A DNA stretch of 13,013 nt from assembly GCA_030141605.1 (NCBI GenBank), contig JAQGDQ010002146.1, forward strand, positions 1 to 13,013, given 5' to 3'. This DNA is from Tubiluchus corallicola (lineage: Eukaryota; Animalia; Priapulida). Of this stretch, positions 9,238 through 13,013 are shown in pieces (the stretch's first letter is position 1; every line of letters starts with the position of its first letter). The notes beneath the pieces are model-generated. The model made no database searches. It was not told the DNA's origin and was given only the letters and a program-made list of their open reading frames with translations. Position numbers and translations under genes: made by a program.

Positions 9238-9732
9238 GTGTACAAAATGTACACAAATCAACATTGCAGGAAGAAAACAAGACAAATGCTAAATGAAATA
9301 AATTTATGTAACTCCAACACAATTCATTCTCTGACTAAAATAATAATCCATTGAAAACAAGTGACGTTTCTGAGTAAGCTGGTGCTGGCTATCAGATTTC
9401 ATTTTAATATTTCGTTTTTTCCCTAACCAATAAGATTCTAAATTATATTGCTTATGATTTAGATATTGTATATAATAATATTTGTGTAACAATAATATCC
9501 AAATTTTAAGCGATATAATTTAGAGTCTGATTGCTGATGGCGAAAATGAATTTTTAAAATAAAAAGTGATAGCCAGCGCCCGCTTAATCAGAAACGTCAC
9601 TTCTGTTCAATGGATTATTATTTTAGTCGGAGAATGAATTGTGATGGAGACACATAACTTTATCTTATCTGGCATTTGTCTTCTGTTCTTCTCACAGTGT
9701 TGACTTGTGTACATTTTATACGCTGTATGTTT
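9229..9732. repeat. Diverged fold-back hairpin, ~240-bp arms, ~22-nt loop
   Basis: Colinear reverse-complement blocks: AAAATGTACACAA/TTGTGTACATTTT, GACTAAAATAATAATCCATTGAA/TTCAATGGATTATTATTTTAGTC, AAGTGACGTTTCTGA/TCAGAAACGTCACTT, GCTGGCTATCA/TGATAGCCAGC, CTAAATTATAT/ATATAATTTAG. Confidence 0.9.
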
Positions 9733-9739
9733 ATTTAGG

Positions 9740-9742
<3 letters not shown>

Positions 9743-9774
<32 letters not shown>
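9743..9774. repeat. (AT)n microsatellite, ~16 units
   Basis: Direct reading. Confidence 0.95.
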
Positions 9775-9776
<2 letters not shown>

Positions 9777-9946
9777 ATAAATAAAAAACTTAAAAATTAA
9801 TTCGTGGTTGGTCACAAGACAGCTTACTAACAACAACGATAATTCGATCAATCGTTGCTATTTTCGGTTGCTCACATAGAGTGATCATGCAGAATTCCAA
9901 AATGAAACGAGACTTCATTTTAAAATTCAAAGTAATTCGCTTTGTG
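9772..9946 (+). repeat. Left arm of long inverted repeat 2 (175 bp; partner 12625-12799)
   Basis: Ungapped reverse-complement alignment with 8 mismatches in 175 bp. Confidence 0.95.
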
Positions 9947-10056
9947 ATATCATTTATATCAATATTAACATCACTTATTTTCGAACGCACATGTACAGTT
10001 AAGTTACACAAGTGGTTCATAAATATTAAACACTGCCAACAGCAACAACAAGAAAA

Positions 10057-10220
10057 ACAAGAACGAATCTTATTTACATACAAGATATACATACATACAA
10101 TATATATTTTGTATATATATATACATATATCTTGTTTTTGTTGTATATATATATATATATATATATCTTGTTTTTGTTGTATATATATATATCTTGTATG
10201 CAAATAGTATCCGTTCTTGT
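10057..10220. repeat. Small hairpin (33-bp arms) enclosing (TA)n-spaced copies of ATATCTTGTTTTTGTTGT
   Basis: ACAAGAACGAATCTTATTTACATACAAGATATA (10057-10089) vs the reverse complement of 10188-10220, ACAAGAACGGATACTATTTGCATACAAGATATA (4 mismatches). Confidence 0.85.
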
Positions 10221-10243
10221 ATATATATATATATATGTGTAGT

Positions 10244-10306
10244 ATTTTAACTTTTTAATGTAAAAGTTTTTAATAAAGTTTTGTTGTTTTTACCTTAAAT
10301 GTTTTT
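10244..10306. repeat. Solo fragment of module A
   Basis: TTTTAACTTTTTAATGTAAAAGTTTTTAATAAAGTTTTTGTTGTTTTTA closely matches about 11241-11288 and about 253-301. Confidence 0.85.
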
Positions 10307-10839
10307 TTGCTTTCAAATTTTTCGTGTAATATACGTGCATATATATTATATATATATACATATGCATGTATTAATAAAGTATTTAACTCGTTCACTATTA
10401 CAACCTAAACACTCCGAGGTGTTTTTCACTACGACATTCGGCTCAACTTTAGGCAGGTATGCCAAGCGACGATAATTATGCCCTAAACTTTTTCCAACAA
10501 ATTTAAACACCGCTGAACATCAAAGGCGGCATCCCCGTGCACCCTGCAGACGAAGAGCGGTAATTTCACCCGAGGCGGGTAATACCATTTTTGGTAATAT
10601 CGCCGCGCGGCGGCCGTGCAATCCGAGGTACTCGGCATGTCCGCATTATAAACCCTCTTCCCGGAGCGTGGTTGTTATGCCAGGTTTTTATTGGTTCGTT
10701 TAACTTCGTCGAGTTCTCGTGAAGAAAATTTCTATTACTCGGAACAATAACGCGGCCACATTGAGAAAAATTATCAAGGCATTCCACCGTATTATTACTG
10801 GCCAAGTTCATTTTGTGACTGAGCATTTACTCATCGAAG

Positions 10840-11378
10840 TTCAGCAGTGGGGACCAATTTTCTTTACCATTGTGTTGGGTTTTACTTCACGTTTTATTGC
10901 TGCTATTACAGGCACATAAAATATTTAAGTTAAAAACAACACAACTTTGTTAAGAACGTTTACGTTAAAAAGTTAAAAGTTAAAATCACGTCAAACGTTT
11001 CGACAGCGCTACTGCTGTCATCATCAGTGGTAAATTTTACAAAAGTACATCCTGTAATTGGCGCTTAATTAACTGTATCAATTTTTTTATCAGTTCTGCT
11101 TATTCGTTACCTATTTGGCTTCTGTTAAATACTTAATTAGTGCATAATAGACTCTGCCTATATAAACTGGTTGTATGTTTGTAAATTTACCACTGATGAT
11201 GAGAGCAACAGCCTGTCGAAACGTTTGGCACGATTTTAACTTTTAACTTTTTAACGTAAAAGTTTTTAATAAAGTTTTGTTGTTTTTAACTTAGATATTT
11301 TATGTGCCTGTAATAGCAGCAATAAAACGTGAAGAAAAATCCAACACAATGGTAAAGAAAATTGGTCCCGCTGCCGAA
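10840..11378. repeat. Fold-back hairpin, module A copy 3 (~200-bp arms, 122-nt loop)
   Basis: 10850-11049 is the reverse complement of 11172-11369 (about 90%). AACTGGTTGTATGTTTGTAAATTTACCACTGATGA (11165-11199) is identical to 3147-3181. ORFs 10719(+) and 11300(-) both end GPIFFTIVL.F.SRFIAAITGT. Confidence 0.94.
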
Positions 11379-11387
11379 GTTGCATCA

Positions 11388-11428
11388 GTAAAATTTGACG
11401 CTGTTAAAATTAATATTAATACACACAC
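11388..11428 (+). repeat. Module B: GTAAAATTTGACGCTGTTAAAATTAATATTAATACAC abutting (CA)n
   Basis: Same motif at 7429-7464 (+) and 7567-7602 (-), each time running into an alternating purine-pyrimidine tract. Confidence 0.88.
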
Positions 11429-11479
11429 ACACACACACGCACGCACGCACGCACACACACACACACATACACACACACA

Positions 11480-11547
<68 letters not shown>

Positions 11548-11565
11548 CGCACGCACACACACACG

Positions 11566-11642
<77 letters not shown>

Positions 11643-11643
11643 G

Positions 11644-11709
<66 letters not shown>

Positions 11710-11788
11710 CACACGCACACACACACACACACACATACACACACACACGCACGCACACACACACGCACGCACGCACGCACGCACGCAC
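11421..11788 (+). repeat. (CA)n/(CACG)n microsatellite, ~370 bp
   Basis: Direct reading; purine-pyrimidine alternation is kept through the CG and TA interruptions. Confidence 0.97.
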
Positions 11789-11954
11789 AGAGAAGAAATC
11801 AATTCCAGTGTATTATTATTATACACTATATTAATTAATTGAACCTTTTTTAAAAAAACATAATTCAGCAAACTTCTATTGTCATTCTGTAACAACTTTT
11901 CACTGTAAATTAATTTCACTTAATCTCTGGAAGCCCTTCAGCTGGTGGAGGACA

Positions 11955-11996
11955 CTCGACTGCAGCCCATGAAGCCCATGCCTTAATCTGATACTG
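11955..11996 (-). mobile_element. Possible degraded terminus of a hAT-like non-autonomous element
   Basis: The minus strand reads CAGTATCAGATTAAGGCATGGGCTTCATGGGCTGCAGTCGAG, resembling CAGGGCCGGATTAAGG...GGGCTGCAGCCC termini that I recall from animal MITEs. No partner end found. Confidence 0.25.
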
Positions 11997-12232
11997 GGGT
12001 TTATCACAATAAATAGTGAATTGTCAAGATAGGCTGCATTAAAGATGTTATACGGGCTCTAGAACGTAACTGTTTTAATTTTTTTGACAGGAATGAGTTG
12101 ATACTAACATATCTTACTCTCACTTAAATGTACATATTCAAATTGCTTATTAATCTTGTTAATTAATGTAATTTTACTTTTCTTGATCTGTTTGTTTATT
12201 TGATGTGATTGTACCACGAGTACGAATAAAAA

Positions 12233-12436
<204 letters not shown>

Positions 12437-12624
12437 ACATACGCATACACATATACAGCAACAGCAAAGGCTTCGATTAATGAAACTGTGGATTCAGTTA
12501 CCAGAAAAGTGGAGAGTTTTCATCCATTATCTTCCACATAAAATTAATATATATTTAATTAGAACAAGATTTTTTAATTATCGCGATATTTCAGGAAACC
12601 ACTGCCCCCCTTTTTGTCTGGTTA

Positions 12625-12799
12625 CACAAAGTGAAGTACTTTGAATTTTGAAATGAAGTCTCGTTTCATTTTGGAATTCTGCATGATCACTCTACGTGAC
12701 CAACCGAAAATAGCAACGATTGATCGAAATATCGTTGTTGTTAGTAAGCTGTCTTGTGACCAGCCACGTATTAATTTTTAAGTTTTTTATTTATGGATA
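12625..12799 (-). repeat. Right arm of long inverted repeat 2 (partner 9772-9946)
   Basis: Reverse complement of 9772-9946, 167/175 identical. Confidence 0.95.
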
Positions 12800-13013
12800 C
12801 ACAATAGATTAGATATGTAATTTTATTTTTCTGTATAAATTTACATCTAACAATAAGTTATGCAAATAGCCATGGGAGAAACGATGGTGAAACCCAAAGG
12901 TAGGTCAGTCAACCATCCTTCTTCTGAGAAAGATAAGTAAACAAAATCACACTAATGACAGAAACAACACAACTGTGAATATACATAAACACCCATAAAT
13001 ACGATAGATAAAA

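Noticed and set aside
8771-9354. Overlapping I/Y/K/N-rich ORFs
   Set aside because: Three frames are open across an AT-rich satellite; no coding signature.

Overview
AT-rich, non-coding eukaryotic DNA, most likely intronic or intergenic sequence from an invertebrate animal (inferred from composition and repeat types). I find no credible protein-coding gene, RNA gene or CRISPR array: the long ORFs are translations of micro- or minisatellites. The main feature is a dense, nested set of inverted repeats. There are six local fold-back hairpins (65-279, 3035-3249, 7318-7713, 9229-9732, 10057-10220, 10840-11378). Two pairs of long-range inverted arms (60-652/2683-3254 and 9772-9946/12625-12799) each bracket about 3 kb. 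Three hairpins and one fragment belong to one family (module A), whose two arms change together between copies. A second short module (B) links two of the structures to (CA)n/(TG)n tracts. The window also holds a ~28-copy 42-bp minisatellite, a perfect 56-bp direct repeat flanking the first inverted unit, a possible 682-bp insertion with a 17-bp flanking duplication, and several microsatellites. All alignments and counts were done by eye.
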